Shown here piece by piece: positions 45,325 to 60,111 of a stretch of DNA of 64,000 nucleotides (its first letter is position 1; the number at the start of each line of letters is the position of its first letter). The notes under the pieces were generated by a model. That model saw only the letters and a program-made list of their open reading frames with translations, was not told the origin of the DNA and did not search any database. A program made the position numbers and the translations under genes. Origin of the DNA: Eledone cirrhosa (taxonomy: Eukaryota); the NCBI GenBank assembly GCA_964016885.1, contig OZ024743.1, positions 179,304,001-179,368,000 of the forward strand, written 5' to 3'.

Positions 45325-45600
45325 CCGCAACATGGAATCTAAATCATGTAAAGTCAGGTACCAAAGATAGAGCTTATATTTTTCACTGCATCAACCGCTA
45401 TTTAAATATGGAATTTAAGGGCCAACATGAAAGCTAAATCATGTAAAGTCAGACAGCAAAGACCAAGCTAACATTTTGCCCTGCATCCCCCGCCATTTAA
45501 ATGTGGAATCTAAGGGCCAGCATGAAAGCTAAATCATGTAAAGTCATGTATCAAAGACCAAGCTTACATCTTCCCTTCCATGCCCCGACATTTCAATATG
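45325..45600. repeat. ~95-bp tandem repeat, about 3 copies
   Basis: CATG(G/A)AA(T/G)CTAAATCATGTAAAGTCA recurs at ~45331, ~45426 and ~45521. Confidence 0.85.
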
Positions 45601-45834
45601 CTATATATTGTGTTATGTCTTTCTCGTGTTAATCAAAATCTCATAAATTGAAGGAGTGATTATTGAAACACAGATCATGCACACATATATAGCAGGAGCA
45701 ACTATACCTAAACAGATGAGTAATAATTGTAGTATATAATTCTGTTGTTGTTGTTAAATGTTCACTTAAATGCGAATCTTTAAAAGTTATTCTCTTGCAC
45801 GCGCAGGAAAACACGTCCAAGGTTATGATGTATA

Positions 45835-46230
45835 TTCTCTTCTTCGCCCACGTATTCCTGAGAGGGTTGTTGAGGGCAGATTCCTCAAACACTCCTTCCA
45901 GTGGGTCCTGTCAAAAGCTACTTTCTCCAAATGATCCGACTGAATCCCCACGACAGACCAGCCAAGCTCATGGATGTTATCCAACCTTCTTGCTCGAGGT
46001 CTGCCTCTGGTTCTCCTGTCGGTTGGTTTTGCCCGTAATATCTGTGCAGTGATTTATTCCTGAGATATTCTAACCACATGCCCTGAGTACCGGAACTGTC
46101 ATCTCTGATTCGGAGAAGTAGCGGCTCTACCTGGAGTGACTCTGATCTCCGAGCTACACACTCTATCGAGGAACGTGATTCCAAAGACCCTTCGGAGGAA
46201 CCCCATTTCGGCCGCTTGTATTCCCGATCG
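45835..46230 (-). mobile_element. RTE-clade LINE 3' fragment
   Basis: Homologous to 36455-36880 (CAAGCTCATGGATGTTATCCAACC). Confidence 0.65.
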
Positions 46231-46791
46231 TTTTATTTCTGATGTATATTCTACTTGTTTGAATTTCATACCCACTATTACTATATAGATATTGAAACGT
46301 TCAGTACAAAATATTGAACCATGATAAATGTAGTTGGTTGTTTCAAAATTCTGAAATATTCTTACAAGTGATTATTTTTCATATAAAGTCTCTTGTAACA
46401 CTTACAAGACTGGAGTTAATCATACATAAAAACAGCCAAGAATGAAAATAGAATTTTAGACATTCTCAGAAAGAAAGCAATCTATTGGAAAACGACGTGA
46501 GTATAATGTGTGATTTATCTGTAAGGCATTTAGAACTAAAGGAATTACCATGAAAACAGCAGTTAGCAGTTGGACTTGATGGGAGCTTCAGGAAAAAGTG
46601 ATTTACCATAAAAGCTACAATTTATCATGCAAATTAAACAGACGTGTTCAGAAAATTTGCAACACTCTGAAGTGAATATAGCTGCGAGGTTATTGGGTGG
46701 GTGTGTCAGAATATGTATGTCAAGCAAACATCTGGGAATTTATTTTGGAAGGTTCTTTGATTTACATTAAAACAGTATATTTTATTGAGAA

Positions 46792-46868
<77 letters not shown>

Positions 46869-46891
46869 CTATAAGATTTATACATACATAC

Positions 46892-47280
46892 ATGATGGCT
46901 GCCCCCTCGTTATCGAGTATGGCCATTGCACGATATACCATTATTAATTAATTCTATCGTGAAATGCCTGTGCGTGAAGATATTTTTTAAAGTGAGGAAA
47001 GACTGTGCACTGAGCCAATCCCACTCTCTGAGGGACAGTAGCTATAACCCGAAAAGAAGAAAATATCAACATCATCGGTAACTACTGAGCTGCAGGTTTT
47101 ATATCGGTGTTATCCCAGTTTCCTGAGTTGCCTTCTCCTAGAAGAATGCCCTGACAAAGGCTAGGGGTCCTTCACTCCCAGTGGTTTAACCGCGCGATCG
47201 GGTGTCCAGCCCGACTATAAGAAATCAAGTTATCAGAAAAGTACGTTCCAGATGATTTCCTACGAATAAAACGTTTCTAG
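46892..47280. mobile_element. Dispersed repeat of uncertain class; uninterrupted relative of 1119-1520
   Basis: GATGGCTGCCCCCTCGTTATCGAGTATGGCCATTGCACGATA and downstream sequence are shared with 1119-1520. Confidence 0.6.
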
Positions 47281-47564
47281 TCCTGTGGAAACCATTATAA
47301 AAGGAATATGCCTATATTCTATTAACTTACTATACATTTCTTTATATGTGCTCACCTCCCTATATACATCGGAAATCCACTTATATATATATAATGACAA
47401 TCTCAGAATATTTAATATGATACATGTATGGTATGGTCACTTAACTCCTGATAAATTCGTAGGGGCTCCTTATTGACATACCACGTTTCTTGTGCATTTT
47501 AAGACTAGCGGAGCCCATCACTCTCCAGGTCTGACTACAGCAGACTTCTTCCAGAGAGAGAAAG

Positions 47565-47715
47565 AATCGACACCAGTACTAGAGTGGTACTTTTTGTATC
47601 AACCTCGAAGGAATAAAAGGCAAAGTTGACCTCGGTGGGATTTGAATTCAGAGAGGCGGAACGAATACCGTAACGCATTCTATCCAACGTTCTAACGTCT
47701 GCCAATTCGCCACCC
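47565..47715 (-). mobile_element. Diverged SINE family A
   Basis: AAAGGCAAAGTTGACCTCGGTGGGATTTGAATTCAG; a further copy lies on plus at 47931-48055. Confidence 0.7.
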
Positions 47716-49492
47716 ATATCATACATGTACACATTTTAAAATGCCTCCCTCGTTTAATTTTCCATCAATTTTTCTAAAGTTGGTGGAAAATATTAATAAT
47801 GAAGAAACCAATTATTATTATTCAGGCGAATAAAATATCTACCAAAATACAACTTGTATCTAGAAACAATATAAGGAACTACCTTAGTTTTAATGTTAAT
47901 TCGTTGTTAATATTATTTGTAATAATACCGGTGGATTGGCAGTATCGGTAGAGCGTCAGACAACTTGTATTGCGACATATAGTTACGCCCCTTGGCGTCC
48001 AGTGTTCAAATCCCACCGAGGTAAGCTTTACCTTTCATCCTTATGTGGTCAATAAAGCCTCGACGTAATTTACATTCAGAACCTAAAGGGATGTAACTAT
48101 ATGCCACACAGAATACTTCCGACGCTCTATTGGTTCTGCTGCGAATTCAGCGCCAGTATATATTCATAATTAATATATATATATATGATGTGTGTGTGTA
48201 TATATGTGTGTGTGGGTATATATATATATGTGTGTGTCTGTATATATGTGTGTGTCTGTATATATATATTATAAATGTAAGCTATCGCCGTATTTTGACT
48301 AAAGAAATTAAAGAAATTATTTAGCCTGATGAGTATTGACGTACATGTACGTCAATACTCATCTTTTTCCATTTCTCCGAGGGTTCTTAACCCCACTATC
48401 AGGCTAAATAATTTCTTTAATTTATTTAGTCAAAATACGCCGATAGCTTACATTTATAATAATTTCAAACTCGCTCGCTGTTTTCGAAAATATTAATACA
48501 TATATATATATATGAATTCCTTTCTCATAGACAACACGTTATTTTCTAAATTTCCAATCCTCTGTGAGTACTTCCGCATCCATTTCCTAGCTCTGCCACT
48601 TAAACTACACAGCTAATAGTTTTTGTAACTGTCACCAGCCATAACTTGAAAACTCTGTTGCAAGACTTCAATTTTCTGAAGACGTATCTGAAATATAACT
48701 ACTAATATCTACTTCGATGAGGATGTTATTAGGATATTTTCCGGATCAGACTTTCATTCGTTCCGGATATTACCATAAATGAACTGATATTCTAACATAT
48801 CTATCAATTAAATCCTATTAACTAATGTGAGATGATTTACATATTTACTTTTCAAATATTCCGCTATGTTTGGTAAAGAAACTCTACGTTGCACGTTATA
48901 TACCTAGATACTTAATACCAACCCACAACGACATAAGGGACATGATTTCGTATAATTTAATATATAACTGCTCATACGTTGACAACAAAGGACTAAACGT
49001 TCATATAACTACGGCAAACAAATTTAGATGCTCCCCGATGAATAGAAATGTATCAAATATTGAAAATTGTTAGCTTAAAATAAATTGAAAAATTACATAA
49101 ATACATATATATATTCCCCTAACGAAAACTGATCACTAGTATATTCTCTATATATAAATGAAGAAATAATGATCACCAAGGTTAAATACATTGATGTGGA
49201 TAAAATAACATTAACACTTTCAATATCTGACTGCCCTATACAGCTATATCGTAAACTCATTTGATCTACTTTATATATATATATATATGTAAACAAGGTG
49301 TTGTCTCGAAAATATAGTTGAAGCGTGAGTGTACTAGAAATTTATAGAATAATTTAAAACTCAACGCAAAGGAAAACTGCCGAAACAGTGAAGTATCGTC
49401 AATGAAGACATTGGGCAAAGACTTACCTCAATCACAGGAATAAACGACAGGAAATGTGTTGGTCGAGAGGAGTGATAGAAAGGAAGAGTGGA

Positions 49493-49589
<97 letters not shown>

Positions 49590-50201
49590 GACACATATAA
49601 AGAATTATACCAATAATACTCAACTCAAATACAGAAAAAAAATAAACAAAATCTTTTTACCAGTGGTATAATTCGTAAGATTGTTTAAAGAATGTGGTGG
49701 TACTGAGCACAAGCGTAATAATGTAACAAAAGTCAAAAATAAAATGACATCATTTTATTCATTCCTGACACGAGGTTTCTCAAAAATACTCGACATAAAA
49801 GATGAAACAATTGCTCGGATGCCATTAAATTATGTTTATATATAAACATGTTTACAATAATCTAATGTTTGATTTAAATATTTAAGGATTATTTTGGTTT
49901 ATTTTTGCGACATCGAAGAAAACAAAACTGATCCTCATTATAGGAAGTGATGCCGCTAAAATGACACATTATAACAAGTATCAGTAATACAACGTAGATA
50001 AATTATAGGGGAAAAAAGAAAACAAAAGAAACAGGAAAAAGGGATGCAGAGTATTAATTTGAATGGAGCTTGAGTAATGTTTTTTTTCTTTTTTTTCAGC
50101 GTTATTTTTGCAAGACGTATCACAATTGAAGTAATTTGTTTTCTTCTTTGCTTGATGTCCCCCCCGCCCACACACATACACACATACACACACATATATA
50201 T

Positions 50202-50234
<33 letters not shown>

Positions 50235-50482
50235 CATATACACATATATGTACGTACATATATATTAATGTATATATATACATAATATATATATATATAT
50301 ATATACATATGCATGTAAAAGGTAAACAGCAATAACAACACAATCGGTACAGTATATGGAAGGGATATATCAGATTAACGCTTGATATAGCAGGAATGGG
50401 GTCTTATCTTGTTTGATGACCCTGAGATAAAGAAGCGAAACTCCAGTGTAACAAGACTCACTATTCAGCATTACTAAAATGA

Positions 50483-50652
<170 letters not shown>

Positions 50653-50983
50653 GGGATTATGTATGTGAGAATATGTTTCATTAAATTTAATTAAAAGTAA
50701 ACATCGTTAAAACTGGGATGGTCAACATGATTAAGTAGCATAAACTCCCTCCAAATGTCAAGGGTACAAAGATATACAGGCGAATGTGGTTCAATTAAAA
50801 TACTCCTTACGCTATTATTTATCGATAACAATCTAGAGGAGAGAAATAGTAGATAATTGAATTGGATAATTTTTGTTCATGTAAACAAATCTATTGGTAG
50901 ACGATGTTGTGTATATATGTATATATATATATATATATATATTTGGAAAAATAGAAGGACCGCTGCAATAAAGTCTGAGAGAG

Positions 50984-51027
<44 letters not shown>

Positions 51028-51065
51028 GATAGTAAACAAATGGAAACTATTTATAAAACCATATT

Positions 51066-51131
51066 TATTTCATTATACCTATTTCAGGGTTACCATATTA
51101 AAAATATGGCATGCCTTCGTCAGATAAAATA
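51066..51131 (-). ncRNA. Hammerhead motif in the 3' repeat of PLE-3
   Basis: TATTTTAT-CTGACGA-AGGCATGCCATATTTTTAATATGGTAACCCT-GAAA-TAGGTA-TA-ATGAAATA. Confidence 0.78.
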
Positions 51132-51526
51132 GATGAAATACAATATATAAACTGTTTTATAAATAATTTTGACGTACCATAAATATAAGCCACCATTAAG
51201 GTAGGAAGCTGGCTTGGTAGTGAGGTGTTTATAATTATTTAGTTATAGTGTTAAGCACAGTTAGAAAGTAAGACGGAGAGAAAGAAGAAATGTATGTAAA
51301 GAAAAACAGAGAGAAATGGAAAGAAATAGAGAGAAATAGGGGAGAGAGAAATAAGGAGGAGGTGAAAAAAGAGAGGCAACCGAAGTCAACAGATGAATAA
51401 TAATAATAATTCACCATACAAATAGAGAGATTTAAGAGAGAGGGAGTACGGTAATTATTTAGTTATAGTGTTATGCACAGTTAGAGAAGAGACGGAGAGA
51501 AAGAAAAAAATGGAGATGACGAGAAA

Positions 51527-51603
<77 letters not shown>

Positions 51604-52661
51604 GGGGGGAAAAGAAAGAGGGAGAGAAAATAATAATAATTATATAGGGGGAGGTGAAAATCAAGAGAGAAATAAGAGAGAAACATGGGAGGCAAAGTCA
51701 AAACAACAGATACACAAACTTCATCATATATAAAGAGAGAGGAGAAGAAAGAGCTATATCTAGAGAGAGGGATGATAGAGTTACATCTTTACGTCATGTC
51801 CTATCAATTTGAATTATCAATTCATATGAACTGGGTAATATAATGTAAATATCAATATTCATGAATGAGACATAGACATATAATGTGTGAAAATAATTTT
51901 GCTCAATAATGACCATATGTTTAGTTTAAAACTCTGAGGTCAATGTACCAAAATCTGAGATAAATCTTCAAAAAATTACCCTATTTATAAATACATACAC
52001 ATGCATATGCACTTTCTGAAAAAAGAAAAAGAGAAAGTTATGTCAAGCTCTAGTCGATAATACAGACATACACATGACTTTACGTGATCAACTCTATAAT
52101 TTCTTGTGTCATAAAAATATTTCCTTGTGTTATAAAAAATTCCACTATATATATATATAAAAATAAACGATTAATATTCAAGCCCTCACACATATGATTA
52201 TCGTTCATGTATATAATATTATGCATATCTGTAACATATACAGAACTATACCTACATATATATATACATATATATGTATACACAAGATATCTGCGTGAGT
52301 GTTCCAGCATCTCTATGCACACATACAGGCACATGAACAGATAAAATATACTCTGTAATCTTTCCATATGCATGTTAATACATATGGCCTTTGTATAGAG
52401 ATAACCAGATATCAATATATCAGCACAGAAATTATTTAAAGGATTTAGAAGACCCTGTGGTTCTACGGATGCTCTTATATTTAGTATAGAAATTTATCTT
52501 GCGTAAAATTTATTTAATACATTGGGAGCATCTACATTTTAGAGTAGTTTAATTACATCATTTGTTTATATTTATGAAGAAGGTTTAAAAGAAAAAGTTG
52601 AAGGAATCGAAAGATTTATCGTCAGGTTTCATACATTAATTAAATTTCTTAATTAATTATA

Positions 52662-54891
52662 CTACATTTTAAATTTATATTTATATTTAAACGCTGAGTT
52701 CAATCTATGTCTGCAGTAACTGAATAAATTGCTCCTTAGATTAAGGGAATTTTTGGATTTTAATATAAAGAATATCTCCTCCACACAGAGATCACATGTC
52801 TCAGATGAGAAATTAAAAGGAATCCCTCTTGAGACAATATTCCAATACATCGAATACCCAACATTATCACGTTTAAGTTGCCAGAGTAAGCTTGATAGCG
52901 AAGTTGAAGATTTTTTGTTTGGATCTGTGAAAGAATTCTTATGATTATTGAAGCGAAGTTTAAATTCTGTCGAGGTGGAACCAACATAGTTGAAAGAATT
53001 TAAGTTAGTTTTAACATTACAATTGTATATTATATTTTTAACTAAGCAATTGTTATTTAACGGACATTTAGAATTATTTCTACAGTTACAGTTATTTAAT
53101 TGAATATTGTTTGGGTTATTATTGGTATTTTGGTTAGTTTTTAAATTCCTATTATTAATTCTGTTAATATTTTGTGCTAAATTTTTGGTGGACGAGTAAG
53201 TTAATTTTATAGTATGTCTATTAAAAATTGAGTGATATTTATGTGTTCTAGGGAAGCGTTTGTCAAGAGCATTAAAGAATAGTTTAGCAATGTGGGTTTT
53301 AATATTTAGTGAGAAAGGGGGGGGGGGGAGCAAACCATATTATATTTCTAGTTCTATTTCTTTTCCGGCTTTTGGAATTATTGTAATGTTTTCTATTATA
53401 GTTGTTAATGTTGTTACCGTAATTAAAATTGTTATTATTTTGGTTAGTTTGCTTATTATTATCGATGTACTTAATTTTATCACTATATCCTGCTCTAGCT
53501 AACGCTTCATTGTAATACTGCGCTTTTTCGTCGAAAATATTTTTATTAGATGAAATTATTGAGATTCGTTCTTGAACAGAGTTTACTATAGTATTTTTAA
53601 CAGATCTGGGGTGATTAGAGTTAAAATTGACATAATTCAAGTTTTCATTTAGTTTGTGAAATGGATAGTGAAGACATGTGTTGAGATTTAGTGTTGCATC
53701 TAGGAAATTGACTATTCTATGGTTATTCTCTATTTCTATTTTTAGATTAAGGTAATTAAAAAATTGTATAATTTGTTTTCTTTTTCTATTTAGTTCAGAG
53801 TTATTATTTTCAATAAGTAAAAGCATGTCATCACGATATAATCCTCCGGTTACACCTGGTATTTTTCTATGCAGCGAATTAATTATAAATAGGCCCACAA
53901 GGTCTGTTACCTGAGCTGAGTCAGATGATCCCATAGTTATGTCGAAATTATTATCTCTAGCTGCCCTAGTCCATAGTTGGTTATTAAATTCTATCAATGT
54001 TTTCCTTGCCGATAATATAATGTGCATTTCATTGCTAGTTAGGTATGTATGTTTGAATGCGTAATTTAGTGCCTTATTCAGTAGATAAGGGGTGATAGAT
54101 GAATAATAGTTAGCAATATCAAGTTGAATAAATTTATTATTATTGTTATATTTAATTTCTTTAAACCACTCAATAACCTCACCAGTCCCCTTCCGTAACT
54201 TTAAGTAAGGTAAATTATGTAAGTTTTTAATTTGCTGTATCACCCTGTCTAGAATGTTTTTGCTAAGTTTACCCAGGTCAGATTTTGATGGTGCAATCAA
54301 TCTGACTGGCAAATCATTTTCAAAATTTCTTTTGTGATCTTTCATATTGATCTTGGGTTTCCTAGGCATGAAGGGTTGTGTTTTGTTCTCAATGCCTAAT
54401 TCATGCATTATACAAGATGCCTCAGCATTCATTTTTTCCAGTTCGTCCTTACTTGCTACCTTATACTTTTTCCTTAGTTCTTTCAATATAAGGCCATTAT
54501 ACATGTCCTTTTGCACTCCATAAAGGTTGTTGGTTTCGTCTGATTTCACCAAGATCTTTTCTGTTCTCTCCAAGCCTTCAATATTATCCTTAATGCTTCT
54601 TAGATAGTCCTGGCCTTTGAAGTTTCTCTTGAATTTGATTCCTTGGATGATAGAAATTATATCGTTTTCAAAATCCATTAATAGTTTGTTGGGGGGTGGA
54701 TTTTTGTTAGATTTGAAAACTTTATCTAAATCTGAAACATTTTCATTTAGATTAGATTTATCAAAGTGGAAGGCACGCCACCTGATTCTTCTTATAAAAG
54801 AGTCTGATTTTTCTATTAATTGTTTAATAAAGTCTTTGTTCTTAGGTAAAGGTATGTCTTTTAGAGAAGAAGATATCTTAAAGAATTCCAT
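52662..54891 (-). CDS. Penelope RT + GIY-YIG endonuclease polyprotein (~740 aa) with one frameshift in the G-run at ~53317-53328
   Basis: SLKDIPLP, FIRRIRWRAFHF, PVRLIAP, FIQLDIANYYSSI, ITMGS, GGLYRDD, VNFLD, SNHP, CNC..CPL..C, IIYNC..YVGST, CDLC, CRH. Confidence 0.9.
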
Positions 54892-55072
54892 TTCTTCAGT
54901 TATAATATAAAGCGCTCTACAGTATTGGAGCAAAAATATATGCAAAAGTTTTACTTAAAATTGTTGGGTTACAACAAGTAAATATTTTATAACCGATATA
55001 AAGCACTCGACAAGTTTTGGGAGTAGATATACGATAGTAAACAAATGGAAACTATATTTATAAAACCATATT

Positions 55073-55138
55073 TATTTCATTATACATATTTCAGGGATAC
55101 CATATTAAAAATATGGCATGCCTTCGTCAAATAAAATA
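55073..55138 (-). ncRNA. Hammerhead motif in the 5' repeat of PLE-3, C3U variant (TTGACGA)
   Basis: Identical to 56320-56385 except at core position 3. Confidence 0.7.
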
Positions 55139-55891
55139 CAATATATAAACTGTTTTATAAATAATTTTGACGTACCATAAATATAAGCCACCATTAAGGT
55201 AGGAAGCTGGCTTGGTAGTGAGGTGTTTATAATTATTTAGTTATAGTGTTAAGCACAGTTAGAAAGAAAGACGGAGAGAAAGAAGAAATGTATGAAAAAC
55301 AGAGAGAAATAGAAAGAAATAGAGAGAAATAGGGGAGAGAGAGAAAGAGGGAGGAGGTGAAAAAAGAGAGACAACCGAAGTCAACAGATGAATAATAATA
55401 ATAATTCACCATACAAATAGAGAGATTTAAGAGAGAGGGAGTACGGTAATTATTTAGTTATAGTGTTTCTCTTTTTATTTTTTTCAGAAAGTGCATATGC
55501 GTGTGTATGTATTTATAAATAGGGTAATTTTTTGAAGATTTATCTCAGATTTTGGTACATTGACCTCAGAGTTTTAAACTAAACATATGGTCATTATTGA
55601 GCAAAATTATTTTCACACATTATATATCTATGTCTCATTCATGAATATTGATATTTACATTATATTACCCAGTTCATATGAATTGATAATTCAAATTGAT
55701 AGGACATGACGTAAAGTTGTAACTCTATCATCCCTCTCTCTAGATATAGCTCTTTCTTCTCCTCTCTCTTTATATATGATGAAGTTTGTGTATCTGTTGT
55801 TTTGACTTTGCCTCCCATGTTTCTCTCTTATTTCTCTCTTGATTTTCACCTCCCCCTATATAATTATTATTATTTTCTCTCCCTCTTTCTC

Positions 55892-55933
<42 letters not shown>

Positions 55934-56319
55934 TTTCTCGTCATCTCCATTTTTTTCTTTCTCTCCGTCTCTTCTCTAACTGTGCATAACACTATAACAA
56001 AATAATTACCGTACTCCCTCTCTCTTAAATCTCTCTATTTGTATGGTGAATTATTATTATTATTCATCTGTTGACTTCGGTTGCCTCTCTTTTTTCACCT
56101 CCTCCTTCTTTCTCTCTCCCCTATTTCTCTCTATTTCATTCTATTTCTCTCTGTTTTTCTTTACATACATTTCTTCTTTCTTTCCGTCTTACTTTCTAAC
56201 TGTGCTTAACACTATAACTAAATAATTATAAACACCTCACTACCAAGCCAGTTTCCTACCTTAATGGTGGCTTATATTTATGGTACGTCAAAATTATTTA
56301 TAAAACAGTTTATATATTG

Positions 56320-56385
56320 TATTTTATCTGACGAAGGCATGCCATATTTTTAATATGGTATCCCTGAAATATGTATAATGAAATA
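56320..56385 (+). ncRNA. Hammerhead motif in the inverted repeat of PLE-3
   Basis: TATTTTAT-CTGACGA-AGGCATGCCATATTTTTAATATGGTATCCCT-GAAA-TATGTA-TA-ATGAAATA. Confidence 0.85.
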
Positions 56386-56513
56386 AATATGGTTTTATAA
56401 ATATAGTTTCCATTTGTTTACTATCGTATATCTACTCCCAAAACTTGTCGAGTGCTTTATATCGGTTATAAAATATTTACTTGTTGTAACCCAACAATTT
56501 TAAATAAAACTTT

Positions 56514-56566
<53 letters not shown>

Positions 56567-56786
56567 TATATATATATATATCTTTTTATGTGTCTACGAT
56601 TTAGTAAGCAGTCACAATTCTGCTTGCTTCAACCGACGCTGTCGTGTGTTTGTGTGTATGTGTGTATGTTATCTTTTTATGTGTCTACGATTTACCAAGC
56701 AGACAAAATTCTGCTTGCTTCAACCGACGCAATTGATCAACCCAGATTCTATAACGCATGCACGCACCCTTCCCGCCTGTACGTAT

Positions 56787-56857
<71 letters not shown>

Positions 56858-57014
56858 TATTTACGTATCGAGAGAGAGAAAAAAGGGGAGGATAGGTGAT
56901 ACATATAGTTATTTACCAAGTAGCGTATGCCAAAGGTGCTCGATACTAGTGGCGGCAGTATTAAATATTCGAAGTGTTAATATTTAGTGGGCTAGAGAGT
57001 TAGCAGAGCGTAAG

Positions 57015-57158
57015 CACGTGGGAAAGTAAGAAATCGGAGAATAGCCCGTTAAAACATGTTTATTTAAAACAGTACCTACGTACGTTTCGCCCCGTAGGTG
57101 GTGTTTTAAATAAACATGTTTTAACGGTCTATTCTCCGATTTCTTACTTTCCCACGTG
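57015..57158. repeat. Fold-back palindrome (~65-bp arms) with a hammerhead 3' half at its centre
   Basis: CACGTGGGAAAGTAAGAAATCGGAGAATAG.. is inverted; the centre reads GGGC-GAAA-CGTACG-TA on minus. Confidence 0.75.
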
Positions 57159-57230
57159 GGAGCTTCCAACAGAAATGCTCACATTCTTTAAGAGTATGTC
57201 AATATTTATTTATAAAACTGCTCTATATTA

Positions 57231-57295
57231 TATTTTATCTGATGAAAGCACGCCATAATTTAACTTGGTGTCCTTGAAATATGTATAATGAGATA
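57231..57295 (+). ncRNA. Hammerhead motif in a solo terminal fragment
   Basis: TATTTTAT-CTGATGA-AAGCACGCCA..TGGTGTCCTT-GAAA-TATGTA-TA-ATGAGATA. Confidence 0.8.
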
Positions 57296-57333
57296 AATAT
57301 GGTTTTATAAATATAGTTTCCATTTGTTAATAT

Positions 57334-57387
<54 letters not shown>

Positions 57388-57390
<3 letters not shown>

Positions 57391-57595
57391 GAAGGATTGC
57401 TGAAAGGTTCCTGGCTTTAAAGGTATTTAAGAGGCCTGGTTAGAGGCCCCATCTTCCGGGTTACAGGGTTTGGAAAAATAGAAGGACCGCTGCAATAAAG
57501 TCTGAGAGAGGAATATGTTGAATAAACTCATAATCAACTGAAACTCGTGTATTTGCTTTCACCTGAAGCCAGGAACCTTTCAGTACCCATTGTAT
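57388..57595. mobile_element. mariner-like MITE
   Basis: TIRs TACGAAGGATTGCTGAAAGGTTCCTGGCTT / AAGCCAGGAACCTTTCAGTACCCATTGTA, TA flanked. Confidence 0.75.
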
Positions 57596-57606
57596 ATACA
57601 TAGATA

Positions 57607-57712
57607 TACACAAGGTGCCCTGAAAGAATGTGTATACAAAGGCTGTGTATTCTAATAAATATTATCTGTACAGGTTATTAAAGTGTGTATACATTTTGGG
57701 ACACCTTGTGCA
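57607..57712. mobile_element. Tc1/mariner-like MITE
   Basis: TACACAAGGTGCCCTGAAA..TGTATACA / TGTATACATTTTGGGACACCTTGTGCA imperfect TIRs. Confidence 0.6.
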
Positions 57713-57904
57713 TGTCTATATATATATGTAGATTTTTTTTTCTCTAAACGTTTTCCCAACTCCGCCCTGCCCTTCCTCTCATTCTTCTAATGTTTCATTC
57801 TTTCTTCAGATGAATGGGTGGCGTCTGGAACTATTTCAAGCGTTAATCTAATATATTTCATCCATATACTCTACCGCTGGTGTTGTTATTTCTGTTTACC
57901 TTTT

Positions 57905-57952
<48 letters not shown>

Positions 57953-57987
57953 TTATGTATATATATATATGTATTAGTTTGGCGAGG

Positions 57988-58040
<53 letters not shown>

Positions 58041-58189
58041 AACAAGGGGAGAAGAATACTGCATGGTTGCACATGGATTACATATTATAAAATTAGTCCC
58101 TCGTGTATATATATGTATATATATGTATATATATATATATATATATTATATATATGTATATATATATATATATTATATATATATGTATA

Positions 58190-58268
<79 letters not shown>

Positions 58269-58475
58269 AGTGTAATTTTCTACACAAAACGAAGGTTATA
58301 GAGAAAATTGAGGTTGGTAATGGCACATGGAATATATAAGAGACAGAATACTTATATATATATATAGTAATAATAATAAAATTGAAGACTAAAATCCAAA
58401 GAGGGCTCGATAAGGAAAATATATATCAAATATATAAGAACCGTAGAGCAAATATTTATTAAAATAACAGATTAA

Positions 58476-58526
58476 AGTTTAAGCAAAAAATCGCTGCTTT
58501 CACCCTTAACGGGATCTTCTGAAACT
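58476..58526 (-). ncRNA. Hammerhead relic (core CAGAAGA), same family as 2354-2399
   Basis: AGTTT-CAGAAGA-TCCCGTTAAGGGT-GAAA-GCAGCGATTTTTTGC-TT-AAACT. Confidence 0.55.
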
Positions 58527-58564
58527 AATATATATATATATGTATATATATGTATATATATATA

Positions 58565-58629
<65 letters not shown>

Positions 58630-58640
58630 GTATATATATG

Positions 58641-58740
<100 letters not shown>

Positions 58741-58791
58741 TATGTATGTATACGTACATACATATATGTATACAGACGTACAGTAGCATGC

Positions 58792-58834
<43 letters not shown>

Positions 58835-59172
58835 TATACACATATGCATACAGGTACACATACATATATGCACGCATCAGTTTAGCCGACGTTTATTATA
58901 ACGCCTGCTTTGTTCGTTTGTTTGTCAACAAATCGAACAGCCTGAATTTATGCCATACGGTGTTAAGGCAACCACGTCACCTTTTTGTTCAACACTGACA
59001 CCGTATGGCATAAATTCAGGCTGTTCGCCAGAGAAACGATTGTAATATGTCCAATAAATTCCACTTATCGCAACAATGATTCTCTTTTTTATCTCTGATA
59101 TCATACTCTGTTCTATGAGAGCATCGAGTGGTAATACCGCCTACCGCATACGGACGCTCTAACCATCCAACA

Positions 59173-59249
<77 letters not shown>

Positions 59250-59449
59250 TATATGTATACAGGGTCAGATACCCCAGTGGAAGAATATGCTCCGAAATCA
59301 TTAGACGTGTCCGTCGAACCTGCGGGTCCAGAATCAGACAGATCCACACAATGATCGCGTCTCGAGCTGTTCGCCGGCGAAACAATTGTAACACACAATA
59401 AATTGAGTTCAGATGCATCACTGATTTTTCGTTTTATATTATACATACA

Positions 59450-59564
<115 letters not shown>

Positions 59565-59854
59565 CACATATATACGAGAGTGAGAGAGAATTATAGATGT
59601 ATTCAGTTTCTGTTAGTGTAATCAATTAATTTGAAGCTGAAGCCACTTACGGTAGTGTTTTACCCAACGGTCGAGGTTACTCAACTATAGAAAGGAGTCG
59701 CGATGTCACTGCTGCTAAGCTGTATCGGCCTTTGCCATTCCCTTGGAAAATCATTGTCGTGAGAAGGGGATGCCCGAATTTGAGCCTTGGAAAGGGTGAT
59801 TTCTAGATGCGAATCCCATGGTCATTTGTGACTGAACGGGATCTTCTTTCATAT

Positions 59855-59908
<54 letters not shown>

Positions 59909-59983
59909 ATATATTGGATCGTGAAGTATTAAATTTGTAGAAATTTGTTCTTTTTCTACAAATTTCATACTTGACGACCCAAT

Positions 59984-60047
<64 letters not shown>

Positions 60048-60049
60048 CC

Positions 60050-60111
<62 letters not shown>

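Larger units (their letters stand above)
51026..56517 (-). mobile_element. Near full-length Penelope-like (Naiad-type) element PLE-3 with direct and inverted pseudo-LTRs
   Basis: 3' repeat ~51026-52035; direct partial 5' repeat ~55030-55467; inverted copy ~55468-56517; three hammerheads; (TA)n on both flanks. Confidence 0.93.

Noticed and set aside
48676-48702. CTGAAGA-CGTATCT-GAAA hammerhead-like string
   Set aside because: Stems I and II do not pair.
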